This document shows, piece after piece, positions 1-12,407 of a stretch of 64,000 bases of DNA. Every line of letters begins with the position of its first letter. Within the stretch, counting starts at the first letter, position 1. Origin of the DNA: Oikopleura dioica (taxonomy: Eukaryota; Animalia; Chordata); assembly GCA_907165135.1 (NCBI GenBank), contig OU015568.1:9796001-9860000 (forward strand), read 5' to 3'. The notes beneath the pieces were generated by a model, which did no database searches, had not been told where the DNA came from, and saw only the letters and a program-made list of their open reading frames with translations. The translations under genes were made by a program, and so were the position numbers.

Positions 1-430
1 TGTGCATTTGGCCGAGCGCCTCAGACTCGAAATCCGACCACGAAGTCATTTTCAAAGTGCTTACACCAGATCGCTTTCAATACTTATGGTTTTGTAGGTT
101 CCTTCTCTCCAGATTAAAGACGCAGCCAGCCATTTTGAACCAGTTTTTGTTTTCGATGCCTTTAGAAATAAAAAAGACTTGTCAGACAAAAAGTCGTTGG
201 ACAGGAGAAAACGTCGAGAAAGAGTACTTGAAAGTCAAGATATTCCAAATTATTATATTCGGAGAGTTCATTTCTGGGGCATCTAATCTGATTTGCTAAA
301 AATAGCTGAAAGGATTCCAGAGAACAGATAGAATCGTTTAACTTTGACTAAAGAATTTGCTCCCATTGATAATTTAGCAGTTTTACCTGAAAAAGAATGG
401 ACTGAATTCTGTGGTTTGGAGAATATCTAG
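1..430 (+). CDS. 3' portion of an unidentified multi-exon gene (truncated by window edge)
   Basis: Protein-like segments VPSLQIKDAASHFEPVFVFDAFRNKKDLS...RRVHF and NRLTLTKEFAPIDNLAVLPEKEWTEFCGLENI* (TAG 428-430), separated by short intron-like stretches; no family recognised. Confidence 0.35.
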
Positions 431-559
431 TTAGAATTTGATTGAAAAAGAAAATTAATAATTTTTGATATTATCCTGATGGATGTATAAAACGTTGAGT
501 ATTCGCCAGTTTGTCCAGTTTTTTCCATTAAATAACTGAAAGTAGTTCTTGCTGTATGT

Positions 560-2130
560 TGCTGTATTAAAAAAGGAAAGAAACATTTATGAAATAGTTT
601 TTTATCGATCGAGTTTAGTCGGGTCGACGAAAATGAGCTGGTTAAGCTGCACTGGATTTCCGCAGCTCTTTTTCTGCCAACGGATATGATTGTTGGTGGC
701 GATTTTGAGGGACCACGTGACTAGCGGTCGCAAATACTTTAAGACTTTAGTCAAGGAACTTCGACGTGCACCCTAATGCTCTATAAATCGCCCGAGATTT
801 TCGTTTAATTTTTCAATTTACGACTGGCTGTAAAAATTCTCTGCTTGTTGAGTACTTTCGGGAGCTTCCGGACAAATATTTTTATATAAAAGCAAAGTAC
901 TGTTTTGTCCAGTTTTTTCGATTAGAAAGTATTTGCAAGATGATGTGGACGGAAATGTGGAGCATGTGTGAGCAACAAACACGGGAAAGTTAGCGCGTGT
1001 GTTTTCTGAAAACTCTAGTACCGCGCTTTCTAATGTTGAGGGACCCCAAGGGGGCATATATTTGCATACAAAGTCCAAGCCTTAATATTCCACTCGAGCA
1101 GGAGGAAACTGCAAGGTATTAGAATGACACCTAATTTGTTTAATTTACACAAGGGTTAACAATTGAGTTTATTACTCAAAATCTGCATTGCTTGGCATTT
1201 TTTCGCAAGAAAATGAAACATGGAAATCAGAATTCTTACTTACTATTCCAGAACAAGAAAATATAAAATTGTAGCTGAGGGTGCAAGAAGCAAATATTTA
1301 ATATCTCCGAGGTGCAATATCTCGGCCGGTCGGGCAGAGCAGGCATTTGGCTGCTCGAAATGAAGGTCGAATTCTCGACCCTTTTTGCTCTTTTTTCGAT
1401 TGCTGCTGATGCACAGAAGCCTCTGGCACGGTTTTAATACTCCCCGAGACTTATGATGTAAAAAGAGAGAGAGAGTTTACTGTATGAGAAAAAATTCGCG
1501 CGAATGAAAACGAAATGGATCGGAGGTGTTTGATAATTGACAAAATTCCCGCGAAAAAATCAGAATCGAAGATAAAGAGTAGCCGCAAAATTTGCAAAAT
1601 TAACGGCCAACTTCTGTAAATACAGGGGCCGGGATAGGATCCCTTTTTTTCCCGGCTGGCTAATACGTTTTGTGAATAAAGCCCGCTTTTTGCATCACTT
1701 TGGGACTGGTTTATCATTTTCGGACACGTTTGAGGCTTTTGCAAATATGCCCAAGCGCGAATGGTTGAACCTCAGTCCTATTTATTATACGCCAGCGTAC
1801 GAATTTTTTGATAACACAATATTCACGCCTAGAATCTCGAAAAAGGCGTCGGCAGGGCGCAGAGTATTTAAAAAGCAGTGCGGACACTCTTATCAATCGC
1901 GTGCATTTCGACTCGCAAGAGCCGTGACACATGTTCAAACCGTTCGAAAGATTCCCATTTCGGATGACTTTATCATATACACTGAAATCAGCAGCGAGTT
2001 CAGGAGATGGCACTTCGACGTTCTTAGGAAACATTTTTGTTGTACTGGTGACGTTTGCGAGTTTGGGTAGACATCACAGATGTCACATCCGTAATCCCTT
2101 TTTTCATGCGCCAAAGTTATTATAATGACA
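560..2130 (-). CDS. Possible multi-exon gene of unknown function with a Cys-containing N-terminal part
   Basis: Several minus-strand open segments (GCDICDVYPN..., NMCHGSCESKC..., DFVCKYMPPWGPS...) near plausible GT/AG sites; exon chain not resolved. Confidence 0.22.
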
Positions 2131-2356
2131 CCCCTGTGTTGTCTAATTATAAGATAACCCTTAATTAACCTCTTATCAGGGTCTTCTAAAAGCCCAAAAT
2201 CCAAATTTCTAATATATGAATATAGAGTAATATAATATTACTAATATTGAAAAAATATACATTTTGAGATCTTTTATTTTGGAGATAATGGTCTAATACA
2301 ACTTTTTATCAGCAAAATTAAAGGATTAGTATTTTAACAGGGGTAGAAACATGTGC

Positions 2357-5300
2357 ATGAAAATCGGTGTTACTGTTGGGAGGCTCCTTAGGATTTTTTC
2401 TTTTGATTATGAAGAGGGGAGTTAAACTGCCGATCTTTTACTTAAAAGTCGCTTGTACCAAAATAGATGGCTTATTTAGGTAGCAATTTTATCTTCTAAT
2501 TTCCTCTTAGAGCCAGAAAAAGGTCGCGCGGCCTCTTTGGCGAGTATTTCAGTCTAGGAAGGGATCAAGCGATAATATTGTATATCAAGATGCACAAGCC
2601 GGAAATCATTTGTTCAAGATAACCGGGTCGTGGCATCTTATCCACTCTCGCTCAACCTCGTTAGAACTTGAAGAAACTGGGGAAGGCTTTATATCTGAGG
2701 AGATAGATAGCGCCGCCAAAGGTAAGGAATTAACCTCCTCGATTGGAGGAAAACCCAGCGTTCGTAAGGTTTGAATTACCATAAAAGCATAAAATCCAAT
2801 TAGATTTGCTTATTAATATCAAGGGAGGGGGTCCAGAAATTTTAACGCTTACATGATATTTTGAGACATGATGACATTGTGGATGACCGGTTTTTAGGAC
2901 ACACGAAAAAGGAGCGCTAAAAGTCGCGTTGATTAAATGCCGAACTGATAGCTCGTTGAAAATCTGATCGGAGCGTCCCTTGTTTTTTAGACCACGGCAA
3001 TTACTTAGACACTTTTCAGGCGAATTCGGAGATGATACGAATACAACCACTCCTCAAGCAACAACGACAACAGCTTCCACAACGACGAGCACAGCATCGA
3101 CAACGACTACTCCCGCTCCAGTGTATACCTGGTACTTGACATTTACAATGTCTGGTAAGCAGTACTACTCAGCTCGACAAGCGCTATCAAAATATTTCTT
3201 AAATAAAAATTCTCGTCGAGGAGAATACTCGTGAAAGTGCGCATGGCGGTCTTTTACTCAAAACAAACTCACGTTTGTTTGGTGAAATGAGATGAATTTA
3301 GTGCACCGCAGAAGTTGTTTCTTGAGTTGGAAAACTCAAGTTTAATAAGAGAATAAACTGCTCTTTAGTCAAGTCAGCGGAGGGGAATTTTTCTCCAGAA
3401 TCTGCTCGAGTATAAAACCGATCTTTTCAATAACAGTTTTTCGAATTAATTATTGAAGAACCAACACCTGTTTTCAATCAGCTTAGCATTTGCTAGCAAC
3501 TTTTTTAACCCGCTCTACGATCTAAAAATTTTTCTTGTTTACAGAATCATCAGACGGGCTTAGCTCGAGAGTTTTCGTATTCGAGTTATCTGTAAGCTTT
3601 TTAAACAGCAACTAAATCCTTCATCTGTGACATCAACAACGGCATCTAGCCCGCTTATTAGTCTGAGTGTCCACTTGCGTCCGACGATAGTAGCTCCGTA
3701 TTTGAGTGCGCGGAAACACTTCAGTTTTGCGTCACCTTTTTAAACTTATTTTGGGCCAAAGTACCTATTGTTCTGAAAAAGGAAAATTTCAGGAAGTGGA
3801 GCAACTGTGCAGTATATTCCAGGAATCACGAAGGATCCAGCGAAACGAGGAATATTCGGCTGGGGATATGAGACGCAGGAGATTAACCCGAAAAGGCACC
3901 ACTCTCACAAAGTTCTTGGTTATTTTGGCAATGGAAGTATGGACAAGAACACGACGAATTGGTTCGTCTCGCTCTGGCGAAATCATACGTACCCTTACCA
4001 TGTCGATACTTCGGATGTGACCCTGTCACCACTTTGGTCGCGAGACGGTTCCGATTTTGACGGACGCAGTCAGCAATATTGCCAGGGGATCTAAAATGAT
4101 CATCAACGTGTTATTTTGTCGAAACTAGGTCGAAATTACCTTCATCCCTTTTCAAAGGCACTTCTCAGAAGACGCCAGGCTCTGGTCGAAAGCCATAAAT
4201 AAGGTGAGCCCGAGGAACTTGAATCCGTGACGCCTGACCCTTGCAATGCGATGATCGCATTCCTTTACACGCGTAACGAGTTATGTTGAAATCATGAACA
4301 AGTCTCTTAATAGGTCCTCGCAGCGAGCAACTTCACAGAAGAAGCGACGGTGACTACTGTGCGAAATGTCAATGTAAGAATTTTTATCATGTTTTGAGTC
4401 ACGAAAGAAAAAGTGCTTCTCAACAGTCATTCTAGGCGAAGGACAAGTACGCCCCACTACAAACGTGGAGAGTGGAGAATTTAGACCCGGACTTTGAGCC
4501 TCAATGGAAGAATTTCTCGTTTCATGATTACCAAGAAGAAATAATGCTTCGATCAGATGCCTTTGCAAAGTCTTATTCTTATCCCGTCGATCAATTTACC
4601 AATGAGTGGTTTTATACGAGTTATGACTACTGGATTCAGGTGAAACTGATTCTCTCTTATGCTTGATCTTAAGGCTAACCCTAACCCTGATTAGTCTTTG
4701 TTCGAATTCACAACGACTTCTTATGGGTATGACGTTTTGAACAACATTTGCAACACGGAACGGATCTTGCCCGATGATTGGAAATTCGGATTTGAGGGAT
4801 CAGGCGTTTAAAATTATCGTAAAAACAAGATAACTGCGAATAACATTCGCTGACGGAAGTGAGCATTGCTCATGGAACACGTGTTTCAGAAACAAGGTCG
4901 CGGCGGCATTTTTCTAAGAAACTCCTCAACGAAGACCGCCACGTTCTCGTTTCCGGAATAACGCGCTGCTGAATTTTGAGTGTTTTTCCAGAGATGTGTA
5001 TTTTGCTCCAATTGAAGTTAACGTATTAGAAATTAAACCTATCTGGGGCGGCGAGAATACCATCCAGCGCCTTTCAAAAGAAAACTGACGGCGGTTCAAG
5101 AAACTCAAATTATACAACTCACTCTGGCGCCGATCACTTTTTCTACGGGGAAAATTTCGAGTCCGAATTTGTTGAAGAGGTGAGTCTGATAAGAAGGCTC
5201 CTCGACCTTAGACCTTGCTATCGTGATCTTTTCAGACGACTGTTCGTGGCCTTCCCGCAGAGAAGTGGTCCTCTGCACTTGGAGATGGAACGCAAATCAA

Positions 5301-7958
5301 TCAGTACTTCATGAACGGATAATTATTCATCTTTTTATGTATTTTGAAGGAAAAATTGTTTATCCGCTTCGAAAGCCATCCGAATTTCACCACGTTCTCG
5401 AACAGATCTGTCCCTCTTCTAGTAGAATTCCAGCAAAATGGAACTTGGGAAGGCGATGAAATAGAGATCTCAACTCGCTGGGACATTTTCTATATGATTG
5501 GCAAGCGGGGGTCCACGTTTTACAACCGATTTTCTTGTTAAAAATCCTTATTACCCATGTTCATGAAAATCACACGCTTGGACCCATCAAAGATAAATTT
5601 GAGCGACACCAGATGGACTCGATTGTTGGAGAGGATCCATTTCGTTCTTCTAGGAAAGTTATTCTCCGAGCGAAGCTGCCAATTTTGAGAGCTTTGAGAA
5701 CAGTGAAGTCTTGACACCTGAAACGTGGTTTCCGGGCGCAATTATAGAGCACTGTCAACGGCTGGATAAAAAGGATAAACTTGAAAAGCTTTTTCTCGCC
5801 AAAATTCGGCGACTGCGATAAAGGCGTCACTCAAATGGAAATCAACTCGACTCCCGATTCACTAGGTAAGTCCAAGTCATCCGATTCAGTAGAGATCAAA
5901 AATCTATCAAGAACTCTTTTAGAAAAAAATGCATTTATACTTTAACCCTAAGGCCCGAGTTATGCTTCCGAGAATCGTGCTGCACTCGCATGAATTGGTT
6001 GATCTTGCGTTTTGCTTCTGAATTAATTGATCGCAATTAGATAACTGTATCTTTCAGCCAACAAAAATGTCGATACGAAGCTTGAAATGGTCAATGTTCA
6101 GTCGAAAAATGTCTATGCCTCGCACTTGCGATTTGATGTAAATGAAAGGATCAAAAAATCGGAGATGTGATTTTCCGCCACATGCGATTTCTCGTAAATG
6201 AAGGAAAATCGGCTATACGGAAAATCGCAACTATGCTCTTCGCGCATTTTTGATCCTTTGTTAGAACAACCTAACTAGAATGGACTATTACGACTTTGAG
6301 GAAAAAGCAAATGTCAGAGTTGTTGAGATGAAAAGTTTAGACGCGCAATTCACCATCGACATGAGTACTGGCTCATGCAAGTAAGATCAACAAACAAGTT
6401 TCCAAATGATGATTTTAAGGGTGTCAAAGCTAATTGAGAGCTTCGACTGGATCAAGAATAAGGGGCCAGAATCACCAGCAGATATTTTTGGAGTGCCGAC
6501 TGGAGCTTTCTATAATCAGGAAATGAGGACTTATCTGAAGCATATTGATTAAGACGCAGCTTTGAGCTCATTTTAAAAGCCATCCGACGTGCGACAAAAT
6601 ATTTTCTCCGATGCATGGCAAGACGTTTACGAAACTGAGCTCGACTTCGGTCCTGGGAAGGGGATAAACGCAACGTGCGTCGCAATTTACCATTATCCAG
6701 GTTGGATAATCGCCTAATCCATCGTGGTTTTATGTTAATTTAGGAGTCTGGCTCGAGCAACAAGACAATGCTGATATGTTTAATGCCGAGACTGGAATGC
6801 TCCTCAGGTATTTACGCTTCATTTTTAGAGTTTAAAAGGTTCCAACTTACAATTTTAATTAAAGCTATGAAAACCAGTGCTACGGGAACGGCTCGATACA
6901 GTTTCAGACGTCAGCAAATAACTTTGGTTCGCGGAATCGATATTTTGCGCCGGATGAATTCGATTTGACTCCTTGTTTCTCTTCTGGATCCGTTGGAGAC
7001 TCGCCTATTTATGACATCATCTTTTCCATGACAGAAAAGGGATTGAGAACAATCTGGTTTTCGAGATTCCATGAAAGGGGCGGTCCTTGCCTTGTGATTC
7101 AAAATTTTTGAAATCGGCTGTGGAATTTTTTCCTCTAAAATTTCCAGCTGCCGACCACACGGCTCGAGACTATATCTTTGATGAGGACTTCTCTTTTGAA
7201 ACTGATAAATTTGCATTGCACGAAAAAAACACTCTCGAATCTCTAGCGAAGGGCCCTTTGACGCTCTCGGAAATATGCAGCAGATTTTCGCAGATGCCGT
7301 CCTAACACAAATTCAAGGAGAGGATCGAGAATTCAGGCCTTGGCAAGTCAAGACAGCGCTTTTCTTTTGCTGATCCTCGGGAAGTCCAGACCGGTTTGGA
7401 GTTTATGTCAAGGCTGCAACACCTCGAGTGCGACTTGTTCACTGATTTCGAAATCGAGAATCCAGAAATCATCATCAAGTTCTCTTTACTGCCGCAAGTT
7501 GCGAGCTACGAGGATGGAACCTACAAGGACCTTTCGAACGATCAATTCATGGAGCGCATTTCAGAACCAATAAATGACGGATATTTCGAAGTGAGTCCGA
7601 TTTTCAAAGCGAAATCTTCCAATAAAAACTTAGGTGGAGATTTTCATGAACCAAAAGGATCTGCAATTCCTCACGATCAAGGACTCGTTGGCGATTTCTC
7701 AAGACGGCGGGTTAACATACGAGCCTGTGAGTAACAAGACTCGGGTCATCACTCGTATTCATCACGAAAAAGGTTACAAACCAGGTAAGGAGATAAGACT
7801 ACGTAGAATGTGTGTACCACTGGTATAAAAATTTAGTTGGAGTCGCGATGATGTGCCTCTTTGGCCTTTTAATCGTGCCCGGATTGATTTTTGGCGCCAC
7901 TTGGTTTCGCTTCCGACAGAGTTCAGGCACTGGATACGAGAACATGAACCACGAATGA
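2357..7958 (+). CDS. Large type I membrane glycoprotein, probably with ependymin/LolA-like repeats, a Thr-rich stalk, a C-terminal TM helix and a GYENM tail
   Basis: Chain of coding segments: TTTPQATTTTASTTT; TTVRGLPAEKW; FTIDMSTGSCK; DEFDLTPCF. Last exon 7837-7958 reads VGVAMMCLFGLLIVPGLIFGATWFRFRQSSGTGYENMNHE*, followed by AATAAA at 7958-7963. Start and single-gene status are uncertain; family call is from remembered motifs. Confidence 0.6.
6145..6259. repeat. Small intronic inverted-repeat element (MITE relic?)
   Basis: AAAGGATCAAAAA (6145-6157) and TTTTTGATCCTTT (6247-6259) are perfect inverted copies; an internal GATTTTCCG/CGGAAAATC pair is also present; no TSD seen. Confidence 0.55.
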
Positions 7959-8559
7959 ATAAAGGAACGAAGCTAGATTAAAAAAATAAACAAATAACAA
8001 ACTGACTGTGTATGCAATCTGTATATTCTGTACGAAAGAAAAGCTCCTGTATGACAACAATGTATCTAAAATAAATAAGAAATCGCGACAAAAATCGCCA
8101 CGTTTTTCTGAAAAGTAATAAAGAACTCAAACAAATGTGCGGAGAACGTGCGCAAGTACGGACTGGCCTACGTTTTTACGAAATTGAAAATATCGCTGGA
8201 ATGCGGGATCACTCAGCAGACCGAAATTACCTCAGAAATTTTTCATGCTGCTTTGAACGAGCTTTTTCAGCGGCGTTTTTTATTACTGAAAAATATTTAT
8301 CTTGCGTAAAAAAACTCACTGCGGAAAAATTGAAACGACAGTAGGTAACAGTAAAAGAGAACGAGTTCTGTTGTATTCGAAATATTCAAAATGTATGAAC
8401 AAGCAAAGTATTTTTGGTGCAATAGACTGGGGACTCTTGTCTGTTTTCTGTTTGAATTCAGAAATAAAATATATACAGATTGGATTTGAGTGTTTTTACA
8501 CCACTGCGGTTTTTTTTACTTTCGTGGAAATTTCTTTCGTATTTCTGCAAATTTAGTTT

Positions 8560-8970
8560 CTTGTCTGAGATGGGCATCGGGTCCTATTGCGCTTTCGTAG
8601 CTAGACAGTGATGGTGGACGAGCCACTGGTGTTGGAACTGCTGCTTGATTCTTCTGAGTCGCATGAAGTTTCAGAGGGGTTCTGAAAGACTACAGTCAGT
8701 TACAGTAATGAACGATGTTCGTACCTTTGATACAGTTCGACTTTGACTGCTAGTGGATGTGAAGTCTGACTGAGAGAAAATCGGCCTCGGCTCGATATTC
8801 CTCACGGCTTCCTTGGTGCATGTTTCTTCTCTGATCGGCTCCAGGTCTTCGTCTTTGGTTTCCCGGTCGGAAGAAGACGTGCGACTCTGGTCTTGAGCGC
8901 GCTGAAGTGTTCCCTGCAGTGGACGATTTTTCGCTCGCTCGATTGATTCGATGTCTTCAAAATAAATCAA
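8560..8970 (-). CDS. Possible low-complexity protein fragment, unknown function
   Basis: Open minus-strand segments including AAVPTPVARPPSLSSYESAIGP; the plus strand has many stops. Confidence 0.25.
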
Positions 8971-9087
8971 CTCAGTAGTAAATCACCAATTAGATGCATA
9001 AGATCACAACAAAGCGAAAATTAAGTTAATTTGAAATAATTTAATTTGACCCTAATTGAAATTGATAATTGAGTTTCAATCGTTCCG

Positions 9088-10001
9088 TTTATGCGTAACG
9101 TTTTTACACGTCGTTTTTACAAGATGTTTACTGCTCTGATGAAGAGACGTAAACACTCGCAAGCGGTTATAAAACACGACAACGAACAATAAACAATTTT
9201 TTTTTTTGAAAATTAAATTAATTTTTTTAGAAAAAGAAAGATCTAGTCTTTGGCGATTGAGTATTACTCAACTTAAAGTTATTTATTCAAAAACGTGCTT
9301 GAGGTTGAAATTTTTGAACAAGCTTCCATACACGACAACTTGCTCAAGAATCGATTCAAGTCAAGACTAGACCCTCGAGTATTTTGCTTTCAAATCTGAA
9401 AGTTATATATTTCTGTGTGTAGCAATTTTAGAAGGCAAGACAGGGGCATGTTTACACGCACGGCTGGACTGCCGCTTAACCAAAATGGCTCATAAATTGA
9501 GCCCTTGCGCAACTTCCAGGTAAGCGCAGATTAAATTATATGATATAATTTATATCCCTTTTCTAATACTGTGTTCAATTTGAGCAAAACCACTTTTTCT
9601 AATAAATTTCGAGAAAAAGGGAAATTCTATGTTCGATCTGGCCACTCAAATTTTTAGCATCCACGATCCGCGCTTATGAATAATTCATCAATATTCATTA
9701 TGGCGGTCTTCAAGATGATAATTTCTTGGTTAAAAAATGCGGAAGACTAGATCTTTTACGTTCTATAATCGATAATCGGGAAAATGTCGCCTTGCAGTTT
9801 TCTTTTCTTTTTTTAGAATCAATTGTTTTACCAGCATCGTATTGTCCAATGGAAGATCCGACGGCCGAGTCTTGTCCCTTGTTTCGCACGACTGATGCAA
9901 GGCGTTTGAACATCGGCTTTGAGAGGATAGAATTTCACCTTCAAAATTCGCTCATTCGATTCAAGCCTAAGACTACTTTGAGACTGAACTTAGGCTTTTA
10001 A
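9088..10001 (+). CDS. Possible small multi-exon gene, unknown function
   Basis: Segments MRNVFTRRFYKMFTALMKRRKH, LEVEIFEQASIHDNLLKNRFKSRLDPRVFCF and ESIVLPASYCPMEDPTAESCPLF, with some GT/AG boundaries; frame continuity not proven. Confidence 0.3.
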
Positions 10002-10259
10002 AATCTGCCTCTTTTCAGCCTCTTTTCATTTCGAAAGATTAATTATTTTCGCAAGATTCAATATTATTTAATATTTTTTTATCTTATGTTACATAAGTTA
10101 TGTATCAATGTTGGAAGAAACTATTTTCGTGTTCATTTTAATCTTCTGATTTAATGCCGCGTAGACATTATTTTTTTATCTAATTCTGGAGCTCCATCAA
10201 ATGATGACCAGCTTCAGCGCTTCAATCAATCATTTCAATCAATCAAACAAAAAAAAAAC

Positions 10260-11140
10260 ATATTCATCCGTTTTCTTTCGACGGGAGTTCTGCGTGGACG
10301 CTGAAGAGCCAGATTCCGTCCTCTTTGGTTTTTCGCGAACTGGCGGTTTGGAGATAGGCTTGTTGCTTGTTTCCGCCCCTTTTTGGTGGTTGGACGGTGA
10401 CGGGAAATTCACTTCAGTTCCGATGCCAGAGGTTTCTTTCTCCGACTCTGGGATCTGAAAAATGAGAAATGCAAAAGAGAAATTCTCCGTTCAACGAAAA
10501 AATAGTTTCGTGGGAACGTTTTAGATGATTGTGACGACAAGTTTTTTTTCACGTAATGCGAAGCATAACGATGCTGGTAATGAGCCCAACGGCGATAATT
10601 TTCGTTTTCTCGCGAAAATGACGCGTACGGCAGAACTCGAAATTGTAAAAAGTCGCTTTCTTACCTTTTCTTGCTTTTCGAGTTTTCGATCTTTTGATGA
10701 CTTCTTCAGGCGTTTGATAGCTTCACGTTGTTGTCGCTGATAAAGGGTTTTCTATCTTTTCAATAACCACGCTTATCTCATTAGCGTGTCTCCGTTCTAG
10801 ACGCTCTATGCATTCTAGTATCAAGTGAGCCAACAGTCACGCCTCTTTGTACGCACCCTGGGCTCGTGGCTCTCCCTTGATAAGATAAGAAACCCTCCTT
10901 GGTTGCTCTTGTGTCGACGGCGATTTGACCGTTGAAAACAAGCTGGAACATTGCCTCTTGCCTGTGGAAGTGCTCGAATCTGTCCAAGTGGCCAACATTC
11001 TTTTGCATGTTGATCTTGCCGTCTTCGACTCGGTACTTTGGCGCGACGAGCTTTGAGATTAAGTACGCCTTCATCACTTGACGATTCTCGGCGATTTGGC
11101 TTCGCTCCGACGATGTCAAGCTGCTTAGATTTCCCTCGGC
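10260..11140 (-). CDS. Uncharacterised basic protein (multi-exon)
   Basis: Exon 10781-11132 (EGNLSSLTSSERSQIAENRQVMKAYLISKLVAPKY...) follows a TTTTTTTCTGTAG acceptor; next exon RQQREAIKRLKKSSKDRKLEKQEK ends at a GTAAG donor. Confidence 0.4.
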
Positions 11141-11897
11141 TACAGAAAAAAAACATTTTTATACGAGGAAAATTGGTTAGAAAAGAGAAAAAAGCGCATG
11201 TTAAACAGCGGCGCGGTCATGTTCCCCGCGATGGCTAATCGAAAAAAACCCTCCGCAAGGACAAAACTCATTTCAAGTAGAACTCATTTGATCAGAAAAC
11301 CGAGTTTACTTTTTCGTTCAAAAGTCAAATAAATAGTAACGTGTTGAGCATGGAAAATCATTAAAATAAGTGTAAAACATGATTTTCTCTTTATTTTTGT
11401 CTCGTGTACTGCTGATTTCGTCGACTAAGACGCTATTTTTTTGCGCTAGAACTGCAAAAAATATCCTAATTAGACCGTGTTCCCGCAAATCTTATTGCTC
11501 AGTTGAAAGTCGAATCTTGTCCTACATATTTTTAGTAAAGAAAAGCTCTTTTTTTACGAAAATCTATTGCTTATCCAAAGAAAAATGTGCCCTCTTTTTT
11601 GATAATAAATTTCGTTATCTGAAAAGCCGCGAAATTTTGGGCTTCGACTGTAATACCTGGAGTAATACCTGGAGCGCAACGAATTTTTTAAGCTTAGCAA
11701 AGCATAATTTTGGGTGGCGTAAATTATATTCCTTCATCAAAAATAACACAGATTTTTCGCAATGATTATTTTCTCGGAATCACAGCGTGAGGACGAACAA
11801 CTTTGTCGACCAAAGTTTTCAAATTAAAAAAACTCTCTCGTGACAAGCTACTAGTAAAAGCGCCAGGAGGACACATTTTTTGTCGCTCAAAGAGGGT

Positions 11898-12407
11898 TCA
11901 AGCTGTTTCTTGGGAAAGTGATGGCCTCAGTGCTTGTCTAAATACCTGCAAGAAATTGAGCAGTTGCGAGAGCGGCCGCATTCACTTCCCGCGGCAGCGA
12001 TACGTTGTCGTTTCCCGACTCCGAGATGTCCATCGACTTAACAGTTTCCGCATAGCACCGGTCATAATAGTCCTGAGTAAAAGTTTAAGTTTGAGGTTAA
12101 AGCATAGGAAGTGTTTCGAAGTCGAAGAATAAAATTGTCAAACCAGGTCGCGGTCAACTTTGTCCTTGGGCGCGCAAATCACGTCGGCAATCGTCTGGCA
12201 GAGACACAGCGCGCTGCAGAGGCCACCACTTCGCCCTGCTTCCACGTCGTTCTTCTGCTCCTCCCGCTGCTGATTCATGCGACGCTGCTCGTTCAAACAG
12301 CTTATTTTATTAACGATGACCACCATCATGCAAGCAAGGGCGGCTCCTGTGAAGATAAGGGCTGCCAGCTGAGTTTCCTGCACGGATTGCTCCTGCGCAT
12401 GCACCAT
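11898..12407 (-). CDS. Small single-pass membrane protein, unknown function
   Basis: ATG 12407, MVHAQEQSVQETQLAALIFTGAALACMMVVIVNK (TM helix) then a Cys-rich cytosolic segment; downstream exons end ALRPSLSQETA* (TGA 11898-11900). Confidence 0.5.

Noticed and set aside
4675-4688. CTAACCCTAACCCT telomere-like repeat
   Set aside because: Only about two units, inside an intron; compatible with chance or a branch point.
11651-11674. 12-bp tandem duplication TAATACCTGGAG x2
   Set aside because: Isolated, with no associated element ends; probably slippage or an excision footprint.
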